A stretch of DNA of 64,000 nt, taken from the NCBI RefSeq assembly GCF_009914755.1, contig NC_060925.1; one strand, 5' to 3'. Below are positions 15,482 to 31,966 of the stretch, in pieces. Each line of letters begins with the position of its first letter. Position 1 is the first letter of the stretch. Below the pieces are notes generated by a model. The model worked only from the letters and a program-made list of their open reading frames with translations. It made no database searches and had not been told where the DNA came from. The stretch comes from the human T2T-CHM13v2.0 reference genome, Homo sapiens. The translations under genes were made by a program, and so were the position numbers.

Positions 15482-16303
15482 TTCCTTTGACCGTACGTGA
15501 AACTTAAGTGATGGCTGCTTGTGATGCATACGAAGTGTTCATGCTGGCGGGACCTGTCCCTGGGGATACTTCGGGGGTTGCGTGATTTAATGCAAGCAGA
15601 TGGCTTAAATTGGGTCACTGGCTTGTTATTATACATGTGTATGGCAACTCGGCATCCATTCTTTTTGCTCTTGTTCTTACTTCCTGAATTGAGTCACGGA
15701 GCCAGAGTTTTGAGGTTTTGACTAACGAATTAAGTTAATGACATGGGGCTATATTTAGGTGGTAAACCAAGAGGGATACAGTTTTTTTTCTTAATAAAGA
15801 AAAAGTGATAGATTTGATCGGTGTGTATTGTTGGTGTGCAGTATAATGACAGAATTGCTGGAAGTAAAATACAGGAAGCTCTGGTTTCATTTCCCCTTTA
15901 GTTCTGCTTAAAGTCGAGTTTTTCCTGGAGCTATTAAATGTAGTGTAGTGTCCATGAGTGCTTTTATCTTAAAAAATGTGGCTGATGCTTTCCAACACTC
16001 CCCTGCCCTGTGATTATTATTTTTTTAAGCAACAGAGAAAACTGTATCTTAATAGTATTAAAAGTATTGGATTTTTCCCTACTTTGATTTGTTTAAATTG
16101 GAGGAGGAAGAGCAATTCTTTCTATTCACAATAATAATAGCTAACATAGCGCTTACTCTTTCGCTGTTTTATTAACTCAATCCTCAGAACAAACCAATGA
16201 TGTGAATACTGTAATTCTCATTTTATGGAAATGAAAATTTAAATGAATACCTCTGATAATTGTACGGGACTGTTTGATTAGTATTTACCATTAATTAATT
16301 AAA

Positions 16304-16600
16304 TTTTTTTTTTTTTTGAGATGGAGTCTCGTTCTGTTGCCCAGGCTGGAGTGCAGTGGCACAATCTCGGCTCACTTCAACCTCCGTCTCCCAGGTTCAA
16401 GCAATTGTCCTGTCTCAGCCTCCTGAGTAGCTGGGACTACAGGTGCATGCCACTACGTCTGGCTAATTTTTGTATTTTTAGTAGGGATGGGATTTCACCA
16501 TATTGGTCAGGCTGGTCTCCAACTCCTGAACCTCAGGTGATCCACCCGCCTTGGCCTCCCAAAGTGCTGGGATTACAGGTGTGAGCCACCATGCCTGGCC
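16304..16600 (-). mobile_element. Alu
   Basis: Full-length antisense Alu. Confidence 0.95.
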
Positions 16601-16967
16601 TATTTTAGTATTTTTAATAATAAATTCCATGTTAGAAATTTTCTACTGATGTATTTTTTAAGTCAATATTTCCTACACTCACAATCCAAAATTATTTAGT
16701 ATATGAGCACACTGGTAAGAATGGGAGGCAGATCGTTGATTGTAATAATATTCTATTATTTGGTAAATATCAGTAACATAATATATAATTTAAATTTTAA
16801 AATAGGATATGAAGAAAAATGCTACATGCTTACTTTTCTTTTCCTCTATTTTTACTTTACACAGGGCCAGTGCCTCAGTTTCAATCCAGGTAACCTTTAA
16901 ATGAAACTTGCCTAAAATCTTAGGTCATACACAGAAGAGACTCCAATCGACAAGAAGCTGGAAAAGA

Positions 16968-17012
16968 ATGATGTTGTCCTTAAACAACCTACAGAATATC
17001 ATCTATAACCCG
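16968..17012 (+). CDS. LGALS8: Galectin-8 coding exon 1 (MMLSLNNLQNIIYNP); exon begins at 16865
   Basis: Matches the galectin-8 N-terminus; donor CCG|GTAACT. Confidence 0.97.
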
Positions 17013-18017
17013 GTAACTGATTTCTATAAGATAACTTTTTACCTATGCCAGGACAGATCCAATAGAATATTAATTATCCATTGGGAGACAGGGCAAGAAT
17101 AAAAGCCAGTGAACATATTTAAAGCACCTACTATGTAATAGAGATGGTGGTGGGTGCTGATTACGAAACAGCTCTTGTCCTCTAGTGGAGGAAGAAGTCA
17201 CAATGATAATATGACGTGATGAAACAGTGTTATGAACAGGGAACGTCTGGGTAGAGTGGAGGGAATGCCAACTTTTGGTGATGGGAGGAGGCTCAGCTAA
17301 TCATAAATTGTAGTTTTTAAAGGAAAATGGATTTCTTACTCTACAAGTTTTTCATTTTCTTTTTTAATTAGAGCTGTCCATGAGAAGTTAATGTCTCGAT
17401 CTTTCCCTCAGCCTTTCAAATACTGCTTGGCCCTTGAGCAGGGAAAATGTCAAAAGCCAATGGGGAGATGGAGAGTGTGAAGTAGTAAGGGTCTCGTGCA
17501 GTTCAGGCAGGTCCTAGAATCCCTGAATGACTGTAATTGCTGGAAATTGCCCTGTAATCCTGAGCAGTAAAGAGCTTGTTTTAGTTTTATGTGGTGGTGA
17601 GAATCTTTAGGAATGTCTAGTTTCCACGTATCTGAAGCTGAATCCTGAATCGAGGTCTGAAAAAGGACAGCCACTTTTTTAGTAAACCGCCTAGAAGATT
17701 CTTGGGCAAAAGGAAGGGTGAGAATCCTTAAAATGAGGCCCTAAACCAGTTTTGTTAGTGTGTGTGGGTTCAAGTTTTTGTCATTTACTTTATAGCTGTA
17801 TTTCCTTTTTCCCTAAGTTTTAATGTCATTGTGTAAGAATGAGGTATCGCTGCTGTATCAAGCAAAGTCAGTTTTAGGAGAAATAGCCTTTCAGTGGTAG
17901 TAAGTTTAAAAAAGATGACTTCCTGAAGCGGAAGCTTGTGAGACATTTAAGATGACTTTGCGCATGTTAGAGTTAAAAACATCCCAAGGTTGTAAACTGA
18001 TTTCCTGCAAAGATCTT

Positions 18018-18040
18018 AACAACAACAACAACAACAACAA
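18018..18040 (+). repeat. (AAC)n microsatellite
   Basis: About 7.7 AAC units. Confidence 0.9.
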
Positions 18041-18631
18041 ACTAGGCTGCCTGCCACGGGTGTCTGAAGTATCATCTTGGCTCAAGCTGGGAGAATGGAT
18101 AAAGGTTACACTGTTCATTTCTGCCCTTCACACAGAAAAGAAGATAATTTTATAGGTAAAATTCGTGCATATCTTGATTCTAGCATACTGCTGATTCCTG
18201 TAGTTTCTGGGGTCAGTACTCTCAACTATTGAGGTGGAACAAAAATAAGTAGACTTCATTTCTTGAGGAAGGGGATCTGGAGAAGTAGTTCTGCGCTAGA
18301 GCAGAAAATGCCTTCAGTCTTGTGGCATGGGCTGGATGCTGTTCTGAGGATAATGCATTTCCAAGGGAGATATTTTTGGCAAATAGCTTTTTTTTCTTTC
18401 TTTTCAAAATTCTCTGTTTTATTATCAGTTCTCACAAAAGAGTCGGAAAGGTTAGAGGTAGACTGAACTGAATGGCAAAAACATTTTGCGCTCTCTTTAC
18501 GTTTCACTGCTGTAAAATATTTATAGTATAAAGGGCCTGTATTGCACTGAATTTCTCTCATTTGTAGCTAGTTGCCCTTTCAATGTTCCAAAAAAAAGGC
18601 TGTAAATAACTTATTTTATTTATTCAATTAA

Positions 18632-20853
<2,222 letters not shown>

Positions 20854-22153
20854 ACTTACTTTTCTTTCTATTGAATTTGAATGAATAATTTGGAAGACAG
20901 TATCTTTACTTCATACCAGGAATGCTGCCAGTGAAATTTCTTGTTTGGCAGTTCATTATCTACCTATATATTTAATTTTGCTATTGTTTATAGAGTTCTT
21001 AAGATATGATTAAATGCTAGCTGGTTAAGAAATCATTTAGAAATGAAACAGAATTGGTTGTTACTCCAAGTTAATAAGTTGCTTGTCAACATAAATCCTA
21101 CCTGGTACCCAGTTTTCTTAGGAACCTTGCTTCCATGTTTATCCTTTTCTGCTTAGTATTCTAAGTACTCCTTTTTTACCTTACAATTTAGTCTTAAAAC
21201 ACAACACAGTCAAGTCTTTCTTTTGTAACCTGTGAGGTACCTTCTAGCCTTTGTGCTGTTTTTCTTCTTTTTTTGCTGCCTGCCTTCCTGACTGAGAGTG
21301 GATTTCCTCACTAAGGCTCTGCCCTCTGATTTTTCACTCTCTTTTCTTTTTTGGTTTTACTAGTGAAATTTTGTCTTTAATGTCTCTTTCTTTTATGTCT
21401 TTACCGATCACTCATAAATTTTTTTTTCCATATGTATCCAGTTCCAACCTTTCACCTAATGTGAACCCCCAACTCTCAGTTGCTCAGCCAGCCCTTCAAG
21501 ACTAGGAGTTCAAAACCAAACTTGCATCTTCCTTCCCAAACCAGCTTTCCTCTTGCAGTTTTCTGCAGCAGGATCCTTCTGCTGTTTAACTTTTGCCTCC
21601 TCCCTTGTTTCCTAGCACCCAATAGTTGGAAGATAGTCTGTCTTCAAAATTTTAAACTACATTTATGTCCAAACCAGTGGCTTTTCCTTTTAAAAAAATT
21701 TAAAGATAATATGTGCAAATCATTTTTTTAAAATTCAAACAGTATTTAAGAGTTTCAGTGAAACATGCATTTTCCTTCTACCCTGGTACTTAGTTTTACT
21801 CCCCAAGGGCAATCACTTTTTACTGGTTTTTAGAAATATATCCTTCCTGAGATACTTATGAATATCCAAAAGTGTGTGTGTTGTGTATATCACCTTTTAT
21901 ATATCCTGTCTCTTTACGTGCATGCATTTTACCGTATAAACTGTTTTCTACCCTGCTTTTTCTATTTGACCTATTTTGGAAATGTCATTTTATTTAGAAC
22001 TTCCTCATTTATTTTAACAGCTGCATAATTAGCAGTAAAACTTATGTAAGCAGTCCCTTGTGAAGGGCTGTGTCTTTTTGCGATTATATCCGGTGCTATA
22101 GTGTACATCCTTGTGTGTGCATCTTGGTGTGCCTGTGCTACGTATTTCTGTAG

Positions 22154-22525
<372 letters not shown>

Positions 22526-22685
22526 CCATTTTATTATCTTTATTTGCTTGGATCCTTCTTAGCTTCTTCAATGTTAAAGATATTGACAGTTTTCCTCTTA
22601 CTGAAATTTATAAATCCATTGACTCCCTTGATATTATTGCCCTGGCCTGACTGATTCTTCTCTCTCCTTTCTCTTCTCACCCCAT

Positions 22686-23210
22686 GTTGAGGTCCCCAAG
22701 GTCACACCCAGTTTTGATGACTCACCAGCATAGAGTTGTACTTGTGCCTATGATTTATTGCGGTGAAAGGATATAGAGCAAAATTGCAAACGGAAAGGCA
22801 CCTGGGGTGAATTCCAGGGGAAATCCAGTGCAAGTTCCAAGGTCGCCTCCCAGTGGAGTCACATAGGATGTGCTTACATCCTCCAGCAAGGAGTTGTGAC
22901 AACACTTGTGAAATGTGGACTGCCAGGGAAGCTCATCAGAGCCTCAGTGCCTAGGGTTTTTACTGGAGGCTGGTCACATAAGCACCCTCACACATATCAA
23001 AAAATTCTGGTCCCCCAGAAGGAAAGCAGGTGTTTAGCATAACCATATTATTTGCATGAACAGTTCAGGTACAGGAAATCCCCGTTACCAGTTAGGTTGG
23101 TGGGTGCCCTTCTCAAATCCCAAGTTCCCAGACACCAGCCAGGGGCCTGCCTCGTAAGGAGGCCTTTCCAGGACAGCAGTCAGGCCTGCCAATGTTAATT
23201 CTTTTCTGCA
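22686..23210. mobile_element. MER21-like LTR
   Basis: GGTCCCCAAG...TATGATTTATT..GGTGAAAGGATA..GAGCAAAAT...CCCAGTGGAGTCACA.AGGATGTGCTTA resembles MER21 (from memory). Confidence 0.6.
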
Positions 23211-23460
23211 TACCTCCTAATTTTAGAAACCACCGAGCCTTTGCTGCCTGACCTGTCCTGCTTTTCGATTTCTTTATCTACTTTGATATCTTTACAAATG
23301 ATCTTTACCCTGACTTTTAAATGTGTGCTCTGGCCATTCACCTAGCGTGTGGTTCTGAGTCTCCAAGTCTTAGCAGATTTGCTCTCAGATGCTCTGCCAA
23401 CGCTTCACACCAAGTATTACAAACTAAACTCGTCATCTTCCTCCTGAAACCTGTCTCCCA

Positions 23461-23774
<314 letters not shown>

Positions 23775-24203
23775 CCTGTTTTCTCCCCAGCTTTGTCATG
23801 TATTTAGTGGCCTTATGTAGACAGTTTCCTTTGAAACATCTCTTGGACTTCTCTGCTCTTCCAGGGCCATTGCCACCGACCTGGAATGTGTCCTTATCGT
23901 TTCACGCCAGGCTTATGGCAGCAGTCAGTCACCCAGATGACCTCCTGACCTCTGGCTTATTTCACCCCCACTGGACTGTTGTTCCTAAACACTTCTTTCG
24001 TATGTCACTCTAAAATCTGACCCTGGCTGTACCTTTCTTTAACTACTCCCTGACTGCGTGCTGAGAGAAGATGGGTCTTGTCTTTTCCTGCCTCTCTGCT
24101 TTTGTAAACTGCCATTTCTACCTGAAGTGGCAACTGAAATCATATCTTCTTCATAAACTGTCTTTGGCTACCTCAGTTAGAATTCCTTATCCCATTTTCC
24201 TGA

Positions 24204-24534
<331 letters not shown>

Positions 24535-24802
24535 CCCATTTTTTTTTTTTTTAAAGATGTTGAATTGGTCAGGGTTTGTAGTTACAAGCAACAGAAGCCA
24601 ACTCTTTAAGCAGAAAAGGAATTTGCTAAATGATAGTGCAGAGTTCTCAGAATCTCTAGCAGGATGAAGAACCAGGCTTGGAGAATAGGTAGCCACAGAT
24701 ACACAAGCATACTGTAGGACGGTTCCCATGAAGAGGCATCTGTTGTCACCACTGGACACAGATGGTACTGTGTCTCTGCTACTCTACCAATGCCACTGCT
24801 GT

Positions 24803-24956
24803 CTCTGACCCCAGATGTAGCTCCCTCTGACCCTGGATGCAGCTCCCTCTGACCCTGGATGCAGCTCCCTCTGACCCTCGATATAGCTGCCCCTGACCCC
24901 GGATGTAGCTGCCTTTGACCCCAGATGTAGCTTTCTCCAAACCCAGATATAGCGGC
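24803..24956 (+). repeat. 22-bp minisatellite, 7 copies (CTCTGACCCYRGATGYAGCTCC), within an MLT1/MaLR-like remnant
   Basis: Units start at 24803, 24825, 24847, 24869, 24891, 24913 and 24935. Confidence 0.9.
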
Positions 24957-25694
24957 TGCCCCCTTGCCAGAGTGAATACTGCGTCATTGTGGCTTCTTCT
25001 TGTCACTGGTTCTTACTTAAAAGCTGAGCTGGAAGTTCTAATGGGCAGTTTTGTCACCTGCTCTTACCTTGTTGCAGTCTAGATGAGGTCTAATGTTCAT
25101 AAGCTAGGGGATTTTCAGATATGGAAAGGGATACCAATTTTCAGCAGCCAAATAGAGTATCACATTTTCACTCCATGTTTCCTGGGTGTCTGTTATGTTT
25201 CCTGGGTGTCTGACTCTTAGGCTTCTTTCAAGCTGCAGTCTGCCTAATAGAGAGCCTTGCATTTAATCATCAAAAAGGCAAAGCAATATGAATCAGCAAG
25301 GGTGTTTTGGCAAATAACAGCAAACCTGACTGTGGCGTAAGCTTGTGGTATTGTCTCCAGTGTGATCAGATCTGTATTTTAATTTTTTAAATGTAAATTA
25401 ATAATGATCTGTGAATCACCAAAGTAGCTTGGAGTAGCCTAGAAAACAATGTATGTCCTCCGTTTTCACAGAAGCCACATAGTCGTGGGTTAAATGAGTC
25501 AGCGGCAGGGCACTGTGTCTCATAGTTAAAAAAAAAAAAAAGTATTACTGAAGTAATGCAGGATCTTTTCTGAAGTAGAAGGCATGATGAACCCAGAAAA
25601 CTAAAGCAGCAAGTGGCCACCGTTCTTAGCATAGTTGTTTCTCAAACTGGAACAACCTATAAACAGTTGTGAACAAGGTATTAGAAGTGATGGG

Positions 25695-26005
25695 GGCCGG
25701 GTGCGGTAGCTTCTCCCAAAGCTCATTACCTCCCAAAGCAACCCCAGTACTTTGGGAGGATCACTTTGAGCCCAGGAGTTCCAGACCAGCCCGGCCAACA
25801 TGGCAAAACCCCATCTCTCTAAAACTACAAAAAATTAGCTGGGCATGGTGGCACATGCCTGTAGTCCCAGCTACTTGGATGGCTGAGGCAGGAGAATCGC
25901 TTGAACCGGGAGGCAGAGGTTGCAGTGAGCTGAGATCACGCCACTGCACTCTAGCCTGGGGGACAGAGTGAGTCTCTGTCTCAAAAAAAAAAAAAAAAAA
26001 AAAAA
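25695..26005 (+). mobile_element. Alu with rearranged 5' end
   Basis: Alu body with TSD-like AAGTGATGGG on both sides; aberrant insert at 25712-25739. Confidence 0.9.
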
Positions 26006-27860
26006 GTGATGGGAATAGATTGTTTTGTCTCAAAAAGCTCTTTCCAACACTAAAATGAAACATATAATTAAAAATATTTTTCTGGCTATAAAAATATCGA
26101 TGCTTATTATAGACATCTGCAAAGTATGAAAATATATGAAGAAAAAAATTAAAATGCCATCATCCCCCATGAAAACTATTGTTATCATTTTTGTCTGATT
26201 TCTTTAGTGTTTCTCTTTTTCTTTTTTTAATTTTTAATTTTTTTGAGTATGTAGTATGTATATCTATTTATGGGGTATATGGCATATTTTGATACAGGAT
26301 ACAGTGTGTATTAGCAAGGTTTTCTTTTTAATGTTTATATTTATTTAGTTGAGATCATACTATATATGGCTCTATAGATTACTTTCTCTTATATTACTAA
26401 CATTTGTGTTATTAAATATTCTGCATAAAGATAATTTTAAGATGAAATTTGATGTTATAAAAACTTCTCATTTTATTAAGAGATTAACGCTATGAAACCT
26501 GCTGCTATATATTCTTGGAACCAGCTGTGACCCAAAAGATCAATGTAGGGATGTAGGTCCTTCCCCATTCTCTACACACAAAATCAGATACTCTGATGTG
26601 CAGCTGTAGCCCCAGTCTACACTGTCTGTTGTATTTTTTGTTTTCTGGTGTCACGTGCCTCCCACCCTGCTCCTAGCAATTGCCATGACAACAAATAGAT
26701 AATTGGCTTCCGTAATTTCTCATCTTATTGCCTAAGGCAACAGAGAGCTTGTGGGCTCAGCTTGCGGTTCAGCAGCTGCTTTGTTGCCTCTCCTCTGTAT
26801 GTGTGAGGCCTGCCAGAGCCCACTTTCCAGACAGGTGAGAGTTCATTCATTCACCATGCAGTTACCGATCGTCTCTTGACCTGTGTCCTGGGGAGGTAAA
26901 GGTGACGAGCCAGTTCTGCCCCATGCAGCTCACAGTCTAGGCAAAGCTACATGCAAACAAACAGAATCCAAAGTGCTATCATGAACCCTCTGAGAGGGGC
27001 TGACTCAGCAGCCCAGGGAGCTTGAAGAAGGCTCCACAGAGGAGGCTGTGCCTCAAGGCGATTTCGGTTTAGGAGCCACCAATTTATAACCACTTTTCTG
27101 TGGCCCGTCTTATTTTATTTCTTATTTCTTGACAATCAGAAGTACCTTGGGTAGGTTTTACCATGCACATCGTAATTTGAGTGAGCTTAGTGTGAGGCTT
27201 AACGGTGTGTGGGCTGTACATCCTGGTCAGATGCTCCAGATGGAGGCAGATGGTTGTGATGCAGGAGAGGCAGCCACATAGCACAGGTCCCCAGCCAGTG
27301 GACTGGGAAGACAGTGTAGTCATCTCTGGGGAAGGGGAATGACAAGATCTGGCAGTGTGGCAGGTCCCAGAAAAAAAGGGCTGGGTTCTGGGCAGTGAGG
27401 GTGCAGGTTGAGACCTGAATACTGGGTGGAGCCAGCTGTCAGAGTCCACGCCTGCAGACTGGACTGGTCCACGGCAGGTGGATGCCATGTCTTGAAGACC
27501 CACAGGCACCCACTCATCCTCATGATCATGCAGTTCTCTGGTTTCTAACAGTGCAGTCTGGGTTGCAGTCTGGGAGTCCAGCAGAGAAGAGCAGGCCCTG
27601 GAATCCCAGGTGTGGGGGCGTGGCTTAACGTGGAGTTTCCTTCAGAGGCAGTGAGTGCTTGTCATTGTCTCCGTCAGCATTGGCTTTGGGCCTAGTGTGG
27701 CCTCGAACCTTCTGTTGGGATCAGCAGTGGAACAGTAGGAAAAGGAATGAGTAGACATGGCATTGCAACAAGTCTTTTTTTTTTTTTCTGTTAGAATTAT
27801 CATATTAAGCAGAAGTTTTGCTTCACAAACTCTCAGCCAAATACAAAATACTATGAATAG

Positions 27861-28247
<387 letters not shown>

Positions 28248-28426
28248 GCAGTTCCTTTTTATAGCTGTTTGAATAGGAAAGATGACTTGGAAAATGCTGG
28301 ATTCTGAGATTTATGTGCAGCCTTAAAAAGTGTAGTTTTTCTCTATCAATAATGAGTGTGGGTTGTAATTGCTTAGTAAGTAATTTTGTTTATGTAAACG
28401 TACATTTGTTAAATTTTTTTTCTTAG

Positions 28427-28515
28427 GTAATCCCGTATGTTGGCACCATTCCCGATCAGCTGGATCCTGGAACTTTGATTGTGATATGTGGGCATGTTCC
28501 TAGTGACGCAGACAG
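28427..28515 (+). CDS. LGALS8: Galectin-8 exon, N-CRD ([30 protein letters not shown])
   Basis: TTAG| acceptor, AG|GTAAAA donor, 89 nt, in frame. Confidence 0.97.
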
Positions 28516-28724
28516 GTAAAATCACTGTGCTAAAGGAAGGAGCATGAATAGGCTGTCTTTTTGTGATTGTGGAATGATAACAGAGTAAGGCGGGAGAGAC
28601 CATTTGATACTCTGAGGCCCAATTAGCTTTCATCAGCAGCCCTGGCCAAGGTGCTGAGGAGATTGGAATGAATGACTAAATAAAGGTTATTGGGATTTAT
28701 TTCATTGCTGTAAGTCTGATTTCA

Positions 28725-29068
<344 letters not shown>

Positions 29069-29833
29069 TTAGGTATGTCATTAAAGAAAGGAATTGTGGT
29101 CAGATGACAGGGAGAGTCTAGTTTTAGTCTGACATTCCCACAGCATCACAGATCTAGTTCAGATGGTTTTACTGAATACTTGCTTTGGATACAAGCTGTG
29201 GTATCATTAGTGTTGGGCTCAGCTCTGTGTACCTAACACCTGAAGAGCAGTGGTTTAAGATGTGAAAATTAAGTCTCAAGGAGACAGCCCAGGCCTTTTC
29301 AGTTAACTCCTTCAAGTCGTTAGAGAAGTAGACTCCTTCCAGCTTACCACTCTGCTATCTTGAGGGTGAGGTGAGGTCCCCTTTCCCATTATCCTTGGCA
29401 GCTAGATTTCCAGCCCTCACTTCTGTGCTTTGGGTAGCTGGATGGGTGCATGTGGTGTTTGCGGGGAAACAGAGCTGGACAAAAGGCAAGTGCTTGCTGA
29501 CTTTTAAGGCAGTTTCTAGTAGCCTTCCCTGAGCACTTCACTTCCATCTTATCAGCAGAGCTTTAGCTGCACAGGCAGGCCTAGCTGCGAGGGAGGCTGG
29601 GAAAGGTAGGTTTTTATTCTGGGCAGATTCAGACCCAGTTCAAACTCAGGGGCTATTTTACTGAGGAAGACAGAAAAGATTAGACAGTCAGCTCTTTAGG
29701 CCTCATAGTGAATGAATGAGGAGGGATTGGTCAGTCCCTTGTCACTGGGCCTGGAGTGTAGTGCCTGCTGGGCCTTTACTGGTGGCTTTCCTTTCTGAGC
29801 ACTCATGAGGCCCCTGTGTCTTCCCTCATATAG

Positions 29834-30044
29834 ATTCCAGGTGGATCTGCAGAATGGCAGCAGTGTGAAACCTCGAGCCGATGTGGCCTTTCATTTCAAT
29901 CCTCGTTTCAAAAGGGCCGGCTGCATTGTTTGCAATACTTTGATAAATGAAAAATGGGGACGGGAAGAGATCACCTATGACACGCCTTTCAAAAGAGAAA
30001 AGTCTTTTGAGATCGTGATTATGGTGCTAAAGGACAAATTCCAG
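29834..30044 (+). CDS. LGALS8: Galectin-8 exon, N-CRD core ([25 protein letters not shown]...WGREE...KDKFQ)
   Basis: Galectin H-x-N-x-R and W-G-x-E-E motifs; 211 nt with AG/GT boundaries. Confidence 0.98.
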
Positions 30045-31518
30045 GTAGGTTTTGGAGAGGGACAGGTTGAGTCCTCATTAGTGAGCAGGAGTGCACAGGG
30101 GGGCCTTTCACATTTGTGAGCCCAGCCTTGTATTTCCTACACCTGAGATATAGTTTGGCTTTGTAGTCTTTCTCCATAAAAGGACCAGGAAGGCACCTAA
30201 ATATGAGGGGGTGGCACCACTACTCTCCAGCCAGTTGTTGCCATGCAGAAATATGGTCCACTGTGACTAGATCTTTTTATTAGATCCTATTTCTCCTAGC
30301 AGGGCTGAGTTCTGAATTGACACAGTATTATGTTCATGATGGGAGGGTAAGTTATAATATAACCGTCACCACCTGAAGAACTAACAAGGGCAATCCCAGC
30401 ATAGAAATCAGAAGGGTTTTGTAAATTCAAGTCTTGCCACAAGACAGTTCTGTAGGATCATGAGATTTTTAGACCCAGAGGACATCCTAGAAATCCTTGA
30501 TGTCAGTTCCATCTCTGGCTTCATGGAGTGTCTTATACCTAGCGCGCGTGTGTATGGTTGAATTTGGTCCCAGAAGCTCTTACACCTGCTGGCCCTCTGG
30601 CCTGTGGAGCTTTCCCACAGTAGAGGTTTGTACCAACGTGAGAGAAGACTCACATGCCTCTGGCACAGATCCTTTCTGATCTTCGGGATACTGCTCCTGC
30701 CCGAAAGTCTTTCTGAATCTCCCAAACTCCATTCACCTCTCCCTTCTCTGGCCTTTTGAGCCCGTGTCTGTATCATTCTTTTTCACAGTTTTTAACAGTT
30801 GTGCTTTGGCTTTATGTGTTTATTTTGCCTCCACAATGGGATTTAAAGCTCCTTGAGTCAGAGACTATATTGTATGCTGCTCGCGTTTTCTGCCTATAAC
30901 CTAACGTGGTACCTGGCATTTGAGAGGGAGGGAGGGAGGAGGCTCGTAGCGTGCCGAGGACCTGCAGAAGCTACTTTCTCGTCATCTTACTGTAGTCTGT
31001 TGAGGTAGAGATTGTTCCTACTTCAGAATAAGAAAACCGAATTCAAATATGTTGGGTAACTTGTCCATATTAATTTATTTAGCAAATACAACAGATTTTG
31101 AGTGTCTGCCACATGGGTGGTCTCCAGGGACAGTGTTGTGGGGAGCTCGCAGGCAGATCTTTAACCTGGGTTCACAATCTCCAGGGCACCTGTGCCTGGG
31201 CTTCCAGGCGACCTTCGAACCCAGATGTCTCACATGTATGCAGAGGCGCACACAAGCACACGCACATATACTTATGACTGCCTGTTTGTCTGGGGAGAGA
31301 CAGTTCCTGGTGCTTAATCAAATCAGGAACTCAAAAGAAGTTCGGAAGCACTGCTGGTGTTTTGGGTGCTTTCGGTTACCATTTGGTCACGTGTGTGGAG
31401 ACCTGTGGGAACAGGTATAAAATTGGACGCAAGGAAACATTTAAATTTGGATAATAAGTTAATTTATTAACTGTTTTTTTTTGGTGGCGGGGGGGCTCTG
31501 TCTTCTGTATCTCTCTAG

Positions 31519-31638
31519 GTGGCTGTAAATGGAAAACATACTCTGCTCTATGGCCACAGGATCGGCCCAGAGAAAATAGACACTCTGGGCATTTATGGCA
31601 AAGTGAATATTCACTCAATTGGTTTTAGCTTCAGCTCG
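31519..31638 (+). CDS. LGALS8: Galectin-8 exon, end of N-CRD ([40 protein letters not shown])
   Basis: 120 nt, TAG| acceptor, TCG|GTGAGT donor. Confidence 0.97.
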
Positions 31639-31966
31639 GTGAGTGACCTTCCACAGCTTGGGGTCTTTTATGAGGATGGTTTCTGATGAGATGGTAGAAA
31701 AAATCTTCAAATAACACTTCTATTGACATAAAAAGGACGTATCTCCCTGACTGTAGTATTAATTTTTTGGAAGTGAACTGTTCACACTAGCAGAAGGCTG
31801 TTTATCAGCCAGGGCTTCATTGTCTGTAGGATCTCAAACCTAGTGTGGTTTTAATAAAACACACACAGTTTTTAGCTGGGTAGCAGCTATTTCCTTTGCA
31901 TGGGCATAAAATGGAGTATTTCTGTAAGACAGGTTCCTAGGCTGGGAGTGTCTGAGTCAAAGAGCA

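Noticed and set aside
24803-24956. Regularly spaced 22-bp repeats resembling a CRISPR array
   Set aside because: Units are head-to-tail with no unique spacers, there are no cas genes, and the DNA is human intron; it is a minisatellite.
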